NCBI GenBank assembly: GCA_965220745.1
Contig: CBDCQT010000012.1
Location: 608,001-672,000 of the forward strand
Direction: 5' to 3'
DNA: 64,000 nt
DNA from: Alphaproteobacteria bacterium
GTDB taxonomy: Bacteria > Pseudomonadota > Alphaproteobacteria > UBA828
Shown: piece after piece, positions 28,481-37,349 of the stretch
Layout of the letters: each line of letters begins with the position of its first letter
Position numbering within the stretch: position 1 is the first letter of the stretch
The notes under the pieces: generated by a model
Databases searched by the model: none
What the model saw: the letters and a program-made list of their open reading frames with translations, nothing else
Told to the model about the DNA's origin: nothing
Program-made: the position numbers and the translations under genes

Positions 28481-29129
28481 CGCCGTATTTCTCCCAGGCC
28501 TCGGTGGTCGAGAGTCCAGCCTCGATCTCCTGGGCAATGATGTTTTCCATGCGGCGCTTCTCCAGCGCTTTCTCTACGCATTCGGCCGCGACGTCGCCCG
28601 GGACCACGAGCACGCCGTCGTCGTCGCCCACGATCAGGTCTCCCGGCCGGACGGCGACCTCGGCGATGCGAACCGGCTCCCGATAGGCGACCACCCGGCC
28701 CCGGCCGCGCTGGTCCTGCGCGTAGGAGCCGCGCGCAAAGACCGGCAGCGTCATGGCACGAATCTCCCGCGTATCGCGCATGTAACCGTCGAGCACGGCG
28801 CCTGCCGCGTTCTGCGCCAGCGCACGGGTGGTCATCAGCTCGCCCCAGAGCGCGAAGGGCGGCGCGCCGGCGGCGGCGACGTAGACCTCGTCCTTACCGA
28901 GAGAATCGAGGGCCTCGAACATCAGGCCGAAGCTGTGATCGTCGGGCGTCGCAGCAACCTCCAGCAGCGGCATCGCCCGGCCGACCAGCGTGGTGCCGGG
29001 CATGGCCGAGCAGATTTCGGGTGGCAAGAATTGGTGGCGGCGGCCGAGGGTGTCGAGCACGTCCCCCAACTGCGCGGTGGAAAGCTCAGCACGGACCTTC
29101 GCGAGAAGCGTGTCGGGAACCTGGGTCAT
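28473..29129 (-). CDS. RraA family / HMG-CHA aldolase-like protein
   Basis: DVLDTLG, LVGRAMP, ALWGELM, GAVLDGYMRD, PGDLIVGDDDGVLVVP. Confidence 0.87.
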   Translation of the reverse strand: MTQVPDTLLAKVRAELSTAQLGDVLDTLGRRHQFLPPEICSAMPGTTLVGRAMPLLEVAATPDDHSFGLMFEALDSLGKDEVYVAAAGAPPFALWGELMTTRALAQNAAGAVLDGYMRDTREIRAMTLPVFARGSYAQDQRGRGRVVAYREPVRIAEVAVRPGDLIVGDDDGVLVVPGDVAAECVEKALEKRRMENIIAQEIEAGLSTTEAWEKYGVM

Positions 29130-30037
29130 GGCGATTCTTCCTCCGGCTGGGTCGGGCGCGTGCGGTCGATCAGGGTCGCGATGACGGGATGGTAGCGCGC
29201 GCCGAGCCCGCACTCGATGGCTTCGGTGAACAGCGCCTTGACCAGCGCTGCGCCCTCGGACTCGACTCCCGATTCCTGCGCGAGATCAAGCGCGTAGTCG
29301 AGGTCTTTCAGTGCGTATGTGACGGGAAACGCGCCCTCGGGGAAGCGCCCTTTCAACATCGCCTTCATGCCATGATTGCGCAGCGCGAAACTGTCGCCTG
29401 AGCTTCGCCCCACGGCCTCCAGGAACGTCTGGGGCTCGATCCCCTGACGGCGCGCGATCGCGAGCCCCTCCGCCAGCGCCCGGACGTTCTGGAAGAGGAT
29501 CATGTTGTTCAGGATCTTCACCGCCTGGCCGCTGCCGACCGGGCCGCAATGGGTCACGTCTTGCGCGATGTGGGCGAGCAGGGGGCGCAGTCGCTCCACC
29601 AGCGCGGTATCGCCGCCCACCATGATGCTGAGCGTTCCGTCGACGGCGGCTTGGCGGGTGCGCGCGATCGGCGCATCGGCGAAGGCGATGCCGCGTACTG
29701 CGAACGTGCTTTCGAGCTCGCGGGCGAGCGCGGGCGGCGCGGTGCTCGTGTCGACCACGGTGCGCCCGGTGGGGAGGTGGTGGATCAGGCCGCTTTCGCC
29801 AAGGCACACGGTCCGCACCTCGCGGCCGGAAGGGAGCGACAGGAAGATCAGATCGCAGGCCTCGGCGAGCGCCGCAATGGAGGACGCGATTCCCGCTCCG
29901 TCGGCGGCGAGCCGCTGCAACGGTGCCGGGTCGAGGTCGTAGGCGGTGACCGGCCCGTCGTGCTTGCGCACGAGGTTGCGGCACATGGGCTCGCCCATGA
30001 CGCCCACGCCGATGAAGCCGATGCGCTCGCCGCTCAC
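29126..30037 (-). CDS. NAD(P)-dependent beta-hydroxyacid dehydrogenase (3-hydroxyisobutyrate/tartronate semialdehyde reductase family)
   Basis: GFIGVGVMGEPM, DAPIAR...GTLSIMVGG, GQAVKILNN, YALKDL. Confidence 0.88.
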   Translation of the reverse strand: MSGERIGFIGVGVMGEPMCRNLVRKHDGPVTAYDLDPAPLQRLAADGAGIASSIAALAEACDLIFLSLPSGREVRTVCLGESGLIHHLPTGRTVVDTSTAPPALARELESTFAVRGIAFADAPIARTRQAAVDGTLSIMVGGDTALVERLRPLLAHIAQDVTHCGPVGSGQAVKILNNMILFQNVRALAEGLAIARRQGIEPQTFLEAVGRSSGDSFALRNHGMKAMLKGRFPEGAFPVTYALKDLDYALDLAQESGVESEGAALVKALFTEAIECGLGARYHPVIATLIDRTRPTQPEEESP

Positions 30038-31536
30038 GACGCGCCCTCCATTGCGAATTGGGCGGTGCCCGTGCCGGCGAGGCGGCCGAAGACCGCCCCC
30101 GAGACCAGGCCCGTGCCGCCCGGATAGTTGCCGTAGAAGAGCCCGCCGACCAGCTCGCCCGCCGCGAAGAGGCCGGGGATCGGCGCGCCGGAGACAGCCT
30201 GCACCCGCGCGCCGGGGTCGATGGCGAGACCGCCGAAGGTGAAGGTGATGCCGCAGGTCACGGCGTAGGCCTCGAAGGGCGGAGTCTCGATCCGGTTGGC
30301 CCAATTGGACTTGGGCGGGGCGAGGCCGCGGGTGCCGCGGCCGTCCTTCACGGTGGGGTCGAAGGGCACTTCCGTCATCACGGCGTCGTTGTACGCCCGC
30401 ACGGTTGCGAGAAAGCGCGTACCGTCGATGCCCTCCATGCGCGCGGCAAGCTCCTCCAGCGTGTCGGCCTTCGCCTTGGTGACCTGGCGGATGCGGTACT
30501 CGTCGCGCAGCAGGTGGCTCACCTGCGCGTCGAAAACCTGCCACGCAACTTGACCGGGCTGCTCCAGCACCCGGCGGCCATAGGCGGCGTAGGTGTAGTT
30601 CCGAAAATCCGCGCCCTCGTCGACGAAGCGCTCGCCCGCCGCGTTGACGATGATGGAGAAGGGGTAGCTGTGCTTCTGGAAGCCGTCGCCCACGGCGAGG
30701 TCGCCGAATTCCGGCGCATTCCGGTCCCAGGCGACCGCGTGACAGCCCGACCAGTTGCCCGCTGGCATGGCGCCGGCGTCGAGCGCCATGCGGATGCCGT
30801 CGCCCTGGTTGAAGCGGGTCCCGCGCACCTTGGCGAGGTCCCAGCCGGGCCCGAGATAGCGCGCCCGCCACGCGGCGTTGGCCTCGAAGCCGCCGCAGGC
30901 GAGCACCACCGCCGGCGCATGGACCTGGACCGTGCGGCCGCCTATGCGTGCGATCACACCGCGCACGCCCGAGTCATCGGTGAGCAGAGAGAGACCTGCG
31001 GCTCGGTAGTGGACGGTGATGCCCGCCTTTACCGCGGCCTCGTACAGCGCTTGGACGAGACCCGGCCCGCCGCCCCAGGCCTCGACCGCGAGCCCGCCCC
31101 AGAAGCGGAAGCGCCCGTCCTCCCGCTTGAACGCCTGACGGCCGTAGCTCGGCTGAAAGCGCACACCCCTTTCGCGCATCCAGACGAGCGTGGCGTGGCT
31201 GCGGGTCACCAGCTGCTCCACGAGGTCGGGATCGGCGCGGTACTGGGTGAGCCGCGCCATGTCGTCGTAGTAGTCGGCCTCGGTGTAAGCGCCGAAGTCG
31301 GTTTCGGCCAGCTCGCGCTCGGAGAGATCGGGCATCAGGGCGCGAAGCGAATCGGGCCCGTCGAAGACCACCCGCATGGCGCCGGCGGTATAGGTGCTGT
31401 TGCCGCCGCGCTCCTCTTCCGGCGCGGCTTCAAGGAGCCGCACGCGGGCGCCGGCCTCCGCCGCGGCGAGCGCCGCCGTGAGCGCGGCGTTGCCGCCGCC
31501 CACGACCACGACATCGGCTGAGAGCGCCTCGGTCAT
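30034..31536 (-). CDS. tcuA: FAD-dependent tricarballylate dehydrogenase TcuA-like flavoprotein
   Basis: VVGGGNAAL, RGGNS.YTAGAMR, LACGGFEAN, LGPGWDLAKVRGT, GITFTFGGL, NYPGGTGL. Confidence 0.82.
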   Translation of the reverse strand: MTEALSADVVVVGGGNAALTAALAAAEAGARVRLLEAAPEEERGGNSTYTAGAMRVVFDGPDSLRALMPDLSERELAETDFGAYTEADYYDDMARLTQYRADPDLVEQLVTRSHATLVWMRERGVRFQPSYGRQAFKREDGRFRFWGGLAVEAWGGGPGLVQALYEAAVKAGITVHYRAAGLSLLTDDSGVRGVIARIGGRTVQVHAPAVVLACGGFEANAAWRARYLGPGWDLAKVRGTRFNQGDGIRMALDAGAMPAGNWSGCHAVAWDRNAPEFGDLAVGDGFQKHSYPFSIIVNAAGERFVDEGADFRNYTYAAYGRRVLEQPGQVAWQVFDAQVSHLLRDEYRIRQVTKAKADTLEELAARMEGIDGTRFLATVRAYNDAVMTEVPFDPTVKDGRGTRGLAPPKSNWANRIETPPFEAYAVTCGITFTFGGLAIDPGARVQAVSGAPIPGLFAAGELVGGLFYGNYPGGTGLVSGAVFGRLAGTGTAQFAMEGAS

Positions 31537-31715
31537 CCTATTCCCGTGGTCCTGGGTCGCGCCGCTGTCACCGCAAGCTCCGCATGACGCTGTCTCAACA
31601 GACGGTTCGCCGTGTCGCGCATGCCGCCGGCCGCAGTTCGTCCGATCGAAGCGTCGCGGTCAAGGTTCGAGTGGAGATCGATTTCGACGGCAGCGGTGGA
31701 CGCTCGCACCGCAGC

Positions 31716-31733
31716 TGTTGTATCGTGTCAACA
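31716..31733. promoter_or_regulatory. Putative operator palindrome TGTTG-N8-CAACA overlapping the start codon of the HicA-like gene
   Basis: TGTTGTATCGTGTCAACA; the last A is the A of the ATG at 31733. Confidence 0.45.
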
Positions 31734-31984
31734 TGCCTCGGGCGAAGCATCCGAAGAAGGAGGTCGAAAGTGCCCTACGCGATGCCGAAAGCGCCGGTTG
31801 GACCGTGACGCCGACACAATCTGGGCATCGCTGGGGCATGATGAGATGCGGCGTGGAAGGTCCTTACGGTTGTCAGATGTCAATCTGGTCCACGCCCCGC
31901 AACACTGGCAACCACGCCAAGCAACTGCGGCGGTTCATCGCTCGCTGTCCGCATACGTGGGCCCAGCGAGCGGGAGAAGGCTGA
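31733..31984 (+). CDS. Small basic protein, putative HicA-like toxin
   Basis: 83 aa: HPKKEVESALRDAE..GW....GHRWG..RC...C..SIWSTPRN..NHAKQLRR. Confidence 0.65.
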   Translation: MPRAKHPKKEVESALRDAESAGWTVTPTQSGHRWGMMRCGVEGPYGCQMSIWSTPRNTGNHAKQLRRFIARCPHTWAQRAGEG

Positions 31985-31985
31985 A

Positions 31986-32546
31986 ATGTCTACGTTTCAC
32001 TTCACTCTGATTGTCGAGGGGCCCGACCTTCAGGAAGAGTCGCGCATCGACGCGTTGTTCGAGGCCGGGTGCGGCGATGCCGCCATCGGTCGAAGCGATG
32101 GAACCCAGTTCGCCGACTTCGATCGTGAGGCCGACTCACTCGACCGTGCCATCCTGTCGGCGGTGGATGACCTGGAGACGTTGGAGGGGGTCGAGGTCGT
32201 GCGCATTGCCGACGCAGGTCTTGCCTCACTGGCGGATATCGCCGCCCGCCTCGGTCGCACCCGAGAGAGTGTTCGATTGCTGGTAAGCGGTGCCCGCGGC
32301 CCCGGCGGATTTCCGAATCCGGTTACGGACCCGCGCGGCCGCTATCGGTTGTGGCGCTGGTCCGATGTGGAGCGTTGGTGCGCGGATCAGCTGGGAGAGT
32401 CATTGCCGATTTCCCAGGATGAAGTCACGGCGGCCTTCAGCGCCGCGTTGGAGCTTCGGCACTTCCGGCGTGCACTGGCGCCCGCGAACCCGATCACACT
32501 GCGGGAGCTGGTTGGCGTGGACGAGCTACAGGCGCCTGCGGATTAG
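31986..32546 (+). CDS. Putative HicB-like antitoxin with HTH DNA-binding domain
   Basis: FHFTLIV...DALFEAGC.DA...FDREA.SL..AI.SA..D; HTH SLADIAARLGRTRESVRLL; GPGGFPNP...LWRWSDV. Confidence 0.7.
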   Translation: MSTFHFTLIVEGPDLQEESRIDALFEAGCGDAAIGRSDGTQFADFDREADSLDRAILSAVDDLETLEGVEVVRIADAGLASLADIAARLGRTRESVRLLVSGARGPGGFPNPVTDPRGRYRLWRWSDVERWCADQLGESLPISQDEVTAAFSAALELRHFRRALAPANPITLRELVGVDELQAPAD

Positions 32547-32612
32547 GGGCAGCGTGAGCCTTCTGCACGGGGTGAGTGTACGATACCGGCGGCCGATCGC
32601 AGGAGGGAACGA

Positions 32613-34664
32613 ATGAGCGCAGCCGCAGCCGAGGGCAATCAATCCGTGTCCGAGCTTCGCCTAGTGTGGGAGCCGCTGGAGATCGGCTCCACGCGCGTGA
32701 AGAACCGGATCATGATGACCGCCCAGACCACGCTCTACGGCAAGGACAACATCCTCAGCGACCGACACATCGAGTTCTTCCGGGAGCGCGCGAAGGGTGG
32801 CGCGGCGCTCTTCATCACCGAGCAGCAGGCTGGCCACCGGACCGCCAAGGGGTCGTTCGTGAATGGCTGCACCGCCTGGGAGAAACGCGCCATCCCCCAA
32901 TACGCCAAGCTCGCCGACGCAGTGCACGAGCATGGCGCGCGGCAATTCATCCAGCTTTTCGGCTGCGGCGTGCACGACAAGGGCACGACGATCATGGACG
33001 AGTGGCACCCGCTCTGGGGTGTCTCCAAGCTGCCCTCGATCGTGCACCACGAAATACCCATGGTCATGGAGCAGGAGCACATCGACGATATCGTCAGGGA
33101 GTTCGGCGAGGCGGCGCTCAACGTGAAGGTCGCGGGCTGCGACGGGGTGGAGTTGCACGCTGCGCACAGCTACCTGCTCGGCCAGTTCCTGAGCCCGGTC
33201 TACAACGACCGCACCGACCGCTACGGCGGCTCGGTGCACAAGCGCTGCCAGATACTGCTCGAGATCGGCGAGTCGGTGCGCGCGCAGGTCGGCGACGGCT
33301 TCACGGTCGGCGTCCGGCTCTCGTTCGACGAATTCCTGGGCGAGGCCGGGATCACGCCGGACCAGGCCGAGGAGCAGCTGGAGATTCTCTCGACCAGCGG
33401 CCTCTTCGACTTCTTCAACATCTCCGGCGGCGGCTACTACACGCTGCACCATGCCGTCGCACCGATGGACGTGAAGAACGGCTTCATGCTGCCCTTCGCG
33501 AAGCGCGCCAAGGCGGTGGTGGGCAACCGGGCCAAGGTCTTCACCGTCGGCCGCATCATCGACCTGCACCAGGCGGAGCAGGCAATCGCCGAGGGCACCA
33601 CCGACATGGTCGCCATGACCCGCGCGCAAATGGCCGAGCCGCACCTGGTGAAGAAAACCCGCGAGGGCCGCCAGAAGGAGATTCGGCGCTGCATGGGTGC
33701 CAACGAGTGCGTCGCCCGCCTCTTCGACAACCGACCGGTGACCTGTGCGGTCAATCCGTCGGTCGGCCGCGAGGCGCGGTGGGGGAGCGACACGCTGCAG
33801 CCGGTGGCACCGGAGGAGGCGAAACACATCCTCGTCGTGGGCGGTGGCATCGCCGGGATGAAGACTGCCGCAGTTGCGGGGAGCCGCGGCCATCGGGTGA
33901 CACTGCTGGAGCGCGAGGAGCGCCTGGGCGGCCACCTGAACCTGCTGCTTAGCTTGCCGACGCGCAAGGAGTGGGACATCGCCATCGACAACCTGGTGCG
34001 CGCGATGGAGGTGGCGGGTGTGGAGGTGAGGCTCGGCGCGGAGGCGACTCCCGAGGTGATCGAGCGGGAGCAGCCCGACGCCGTGGTCGTCGCCACCGGC
34101 GCGCGCTGGGACTGCGACGGCCGCAGCGAGTTTCGTCCGGGCCAGGCGCGTCTCGCCGGGACGGAGCAGGAGAACGTCATCGACGTCGGCACGGCGACCG
34201 AGCGCGCGCTGGCTGATGCGGGCGCGCTCGGCCAGAGGGTCGTGATTCTGGAGGAGACCGGCTTCTACCTGCCGCTCGGGCTCGCCGAAATTCTGGCGGA
34301 CGGGGGCGCCCATGTGGAGGTCGTCACGCCCCGCGCCATGGTGGGCGAAGACGTCATGCGCACCCTCGATCTCCCGTTCGTGATGCCGCGCCTGGAGCAA
34401 GCCGGCGTGGTTTGCAGCGCCCACACCAACGTCGACAAGATCGAGGGCGATACGGTGCACGTGCGCTCGGTCTGGGGCGGGCGGCCGCGCTTGATCGAAG
34501 GGGTGGATACCGTCGTGATTTCGATGCTGCGCTCGCCCAACGACGCGCTCTACCGGGCGCTCGAGGGTCGCGTCGCCGCGCTGCACCGGGTCGGCGACGT
34601 GGTCGCGCCGCGCCGCCCGGTCCAGCTCATGTACGAGGGCGAAGAGCTCGGCCGCGCCCTGTAG
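32613..34664 (+). CDS. NADH:flavin oxidoreductase (Old Yellow Enzyme barrel, Fe-S and FAD/NAD domains)
   Basis: KNRIMM, DGVELHAAHSYLLGQFLSP..N.RTDRYGGS, RCMGANEC...CAVNP, VVGGGIAGM. Confidence 0.9.
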   Translation: MSAAAAEGNQSVSELRLVWEPLEIGSTRVKNRIMMTAQTTLYGKDNILSDRHIEFFRERAKGGAALFITEQQAGHRTAKGSFVNGCTAWEKRAIPQYAKLADAVHEHGARQFIQLFGCGVHDKGTTIMDEWHPLWGVSKLPSIVHHEIPMVMEQEHIDDIVREFGEAALNVKVAGCDGVELHAAHSYLLGQFLSPVYNDRTDRYGGSVHKRCQILLEIGESVRAQVGDGFTVGVRLSFDEFLGEAGITPDQAEEQLEILSTSGLFDFFNISGGGYYTLHHAVAPMDVKNGFMLPFAKRAKAVVGNRAKVFTVGRIIDLHQAEQAIAEGTTDMVAMTRAQMAEPHLVKKTREGRQKEIRRCMGANECVARLFDNRPVTCAVNPSVGREARWGSDTLQPVAPEEAKHILVVGGGIAGMKTAAVAGSRGHRVTLLEREERLGGHLNLLLSLPTRKEWDIAIDNLVRAMEVAGVEVRLGAEATPEVIEREQPDAVVVATGARWDCDGRSEFRPGQARLAGTEQENVIDVGTATERALADAGALGQRVVILEETGFYLPLGLAEILADGGAHVEVVTPRAMVGEDVMRTLDLPFVMPRLEQAGVVCSAHTNVDKIEGDTVHVRSVWGGRPRLIEGVDTVVISMLRSPNDALYRALEGRVAALHRVGDVVAPRRPVQLMYEGEELGRAL

Positions 34665-34731
34665 GTTTAGGTGTCGCTCGCGGCAGTCGGCACTTCTACA
34701 GTTTCGCGCGCCTGTCGGCGCGACTGCCGCG

Positions 34732-36264
34732 TTACTCCGCCGCCCGCTCGCTGAGCCGCGATTGCAGCGCGGCGCAGAGCGTGCGCAGGACTTCGAGGCG
34801 GGCGTGCCTCTTGTTGTTGCCGGGGACCAGAGTCCACGGCGCCTCTCGGGTGCTGGTGCCGGCGATCATGTCGTTGGCGGCGTCCTCGTAGGCCTCCCAC
34901 TTCGCGCGGTTGCGCCAGTCTTCCTCGGTCAGCTTCCAGCTCTTGTAGGGGTTCTCCTTGCGCGCGAGGAAGCGCCGCTCCTGTTCGTCCTTGTCGATGT
35001 GGAGCCAGAACTTCATGAGCAACGTGCCGTGGCCGATAATCTGCTCCTCGAAGTCGCGGATCTCGGCGTAGGCGCGCCGCCATTCCGCCTCGGTCGCGAA
35101 AGACTCGACGCGCTCGACCAGGAGCCGCCCGTACCAGCTGCGGTCGAACACCGCGATCTGACCGGCCTCGGGCAGGCGCCGCCAGAAGCGCCAGAGGTAG
35201 TGATGCGCGCGCTCCTCGTCGCTCGGCGCGCTCACCTGATGCACGCGGTAGCTGCGGGCATCCAGCGCCGAGACCATGCGCCGGATGGCGCCGCCCTTGC
35301 CGCCGGCGTCCCAGCCTTCGAACACGAGCACGACCGAGAGGCCGTGCAGGAGGTTCTGCGCGGCAAGCCAGTAGAGATCGGCCCGCATGCGAGCCATCGA
35401 CTTTTCGTAGGCCTTGCGGCCCACGGTCTTCGTCTGATCGATCGTGGCCAGCGGCTTGACCTCCCGCACCGCCGCGCCGACCACCGCCGGACTCACGACA
35501 GGCGCACGGGCGCGGAAGCCGGCATCCGGCGGCGGCAGGCCGGCCAGACGCGCTTCGAGCGCCCGGTTCACCATACCCAGCACCCGGAGCGAGCGGTGCC
35601 GCGCGTGACGGCCATCGACCACGAGCCACGGCGCCTCGGCGGTGCTGGTGCGGGTGATGATGTGCTCGGCGGCCTCGTTGAAATGGTCGTAGCGGTGCCA
35701 GTTGCGCCAGTCCCACTGAGAAATCCGCCAGTGGTCGCGCGGGTGCTTCTGCAGGGCTTCCAGGCGCTGCTGCTGCGCCTTCTTGTCGAGGTGCATCCAG
35801 AACTTGAGGATCAGCGCCCCGTCGTCGGCGAGCGTCCGCTCGAATGCCGCGATGCGTGCGAGCTTCCGGTCGAGGGCGCTCGGCCCGATGCGTCCGTAGG
35901 CGCGGTCCAGCAAGGGTGCCGAGTACCAGGAGCTGAGGAAGAGCCCGAGCCTGCCGCGTGCCGGCAGGTCGCGCCAGTAGCGCCAGAACTCGGGTCGCTG
36001 GCCCTCTTCTTCCGTGAGCCTATCGTAAGCGTGGGTGACGATACGGCGCGGGTCGAGCCACTCGGTGAGAAGGTTGACCGTCTCCCCCTTGCCCCCGCCG
36101 TCCACGCCTGCGAACAGCACGACGACGGGAAAGTCCGCCTTGGCCAGCGCGCGCTGGGACTCCACCAGCGAAACCCTGAGTGCCGTCGCCTGTTCTTCGA
36201 ACGCGGCCTTGGAAAGCTCCCGTACCCGCTCGCGTTCGACCTCTTCGAATACCCGAGCGCTCAT
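34732..36264 (-). CDS. pap: Polyphosphate:AMP phosphotransferase (two-domain PPK2, class II)
   Basis: Two PPK2 domains: AGVDGGGKG and FEGWDAGGKGGAIRR, FDRSWYGR, WKLTEEDWRNR. Confidence 0.9.
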   Translation of the reverse strand: MSARVFEEVERERVRELSKAAFEEQATALRVSLVESQRALAKADFPVVVLFAGVDGGGKGETVNLLTEWLDPRRIVTHAYDRLTEEEGQRPEFWRYWRDLPARGRLGLFLSSWYSAPLLDRAYGRIGPSALDRKLARIAAFERTLADDGALILKFWMHLDKKAQQQRLEALQKHPRDHWRISQWDWRNWHRYDHFNEAAEHIITRTSTAEAPWLVVDGRHARHRSLRVLGMVNRALEARLAGLPPPDAGFRARAPVVSPAVVGAAVREVKPLATIDQTKTVGRKAYEKSMARMRADLYWLAAQNLLHGLSVVLVFEGWDAGGKGGAIRRMVSALDARSYRVHQVSAPSDEERAHHYLWRFWRRLPEAGQIAVFDRSWYGRLLVERVESFATEAEWRRAYAEIRDFEEQIIGHGTLLMKFWLHIDKDEQERRFLARKENPYKSWKLTEEDWRNRAKWEAYEDAANDMIAGTSTREAPWTLVPGNNKRHARLEVLRTLCAALQSRLSERAAE

Positions 36265-36421
36265 CTCCCTCCCCGTCGAGGACCATCCCTGCTCGATTAC
36301 GGGGACGCTCCCTCTTGCGCCGCAGGCGGCCTCTCCGGGCTCGTCCTGCACGCTCGGGTTATAACGGTATTACGCCCGCAAGACGATTTCGACATGGATT
36401 TGGCGGGGCCGGCCGCGCGGG

Positions 36422-37264
36422 TCAGCCGTGGATATCCTCGGTTTGCGCGCAGAGGGCGCCGTAGAGGTCCGGCCGGCGGTCGCGGAAGAATGGCTTCTTC
36501 TGGCGCACCTCGAAGACGCGGCGGCGGTCGAGCGTTGCCGTGATGATCTCGTCGCCTTCGTTGCCGGCGCAGGCCAGCACCTGACCCTCGGGATCGACCA
36601 CCATGCTTTCGCCGCCGAATTGCCAACCGCTCTCCGGCCCAACCTTGTTGCAGGGCGCGAAGTAGACCGCGTTCTCCCAGGCCCGAGTGATCATCATCTC
36701 GCGCCAGGGGCCGACGCGCGGGGCCGCGAACGGCACCACGATCAGCTCGGCGCCGTTGACCGCCGAGCAGCGGGCGTGTTCGGGAAAGAACGTGTCGTAG
36801 CAGATGATGATGCCGATTTTCCACGCGCCGACTTTGAAGACCGAGAAACGCGAGCCGAAGCGGAAGTACATGCGCTCGAGACTGAGGTAGAGCCCCGGCA
36901 TCACCTTGCGGTACTTGCCGATGATGTCGCCTGCGGGGTCGATGACGAAGGTCGTGTCGTAATAGAGGCCGGCTGACTCCTCCTCGTAGAGCGTCGCGAT
37001 CAGGTGAATCTTGTGCTCCGTCGCCTTGGCCCGCATTGCGGTGATGCTTGGCCCCGTTGCGGGCTCGGCCCGCTTCAAATGCTCGTGGTCGCGCTCGTTG
37101 AAGACGTAGGGGTGATTGAAGAATTCTGGGATCACCACTAGGTCGGGCCGCTCGGTCTCCACCGCGCGGTCGATATGGGCGGCGGCCTGGGCGATGTTCG
37201 CGTCGCGGTCCGGCACGCTGTTCATCTGCACCAGGCTGAGTGTGATCTGATCGCCGAGGCTCAT
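36422..37264 (-). CDS. Carbon-nitrogen hydrolase (nitrilase superfamily)
   Basis: Catalytic triad contexts IPEFF, KYRK, ICYDTFFPE; TRAWEN. Confidence 0.9.
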   Translation of the reverse strand: MSLGDQITLSLVQMNSVPDRDANIAQAAAHIDRAVETERPDLVVIPEFFNHPYVFNERDHEHLKRAEPATGPSITAMRAKATEHKIHLIATLYEEESAGLYYDTTFVIDPAGDIIGKYRKVMPGLYLSLERMYFRFGSRFSVFKVGAWKIGIIICYDTFFPEHARCSAVNGAELIVVPFAAPRVGPWREMMITRAWENAVYFAPCNKVGPESGWQFGGESMVVDPEGQVLACAGNEGDEIITATLDRRRVFEVRQKKPFFRDRRPDLYGALCAQTEDIHG

Positions 37265-37349
37265 GGGCCACTTCTCCCGCCGGAGTATTTCATTGAAGGC
37301 TAGCAGTTAGGCCCGGCGCGGTCAGCGGCTATGATGCACGTGGCGGGGC

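Noticed and set aside
34732-36264. PPK2 with a divergent N-terminal domain as a novelty
   Set aside because: Normal for class II two-domain PPK2
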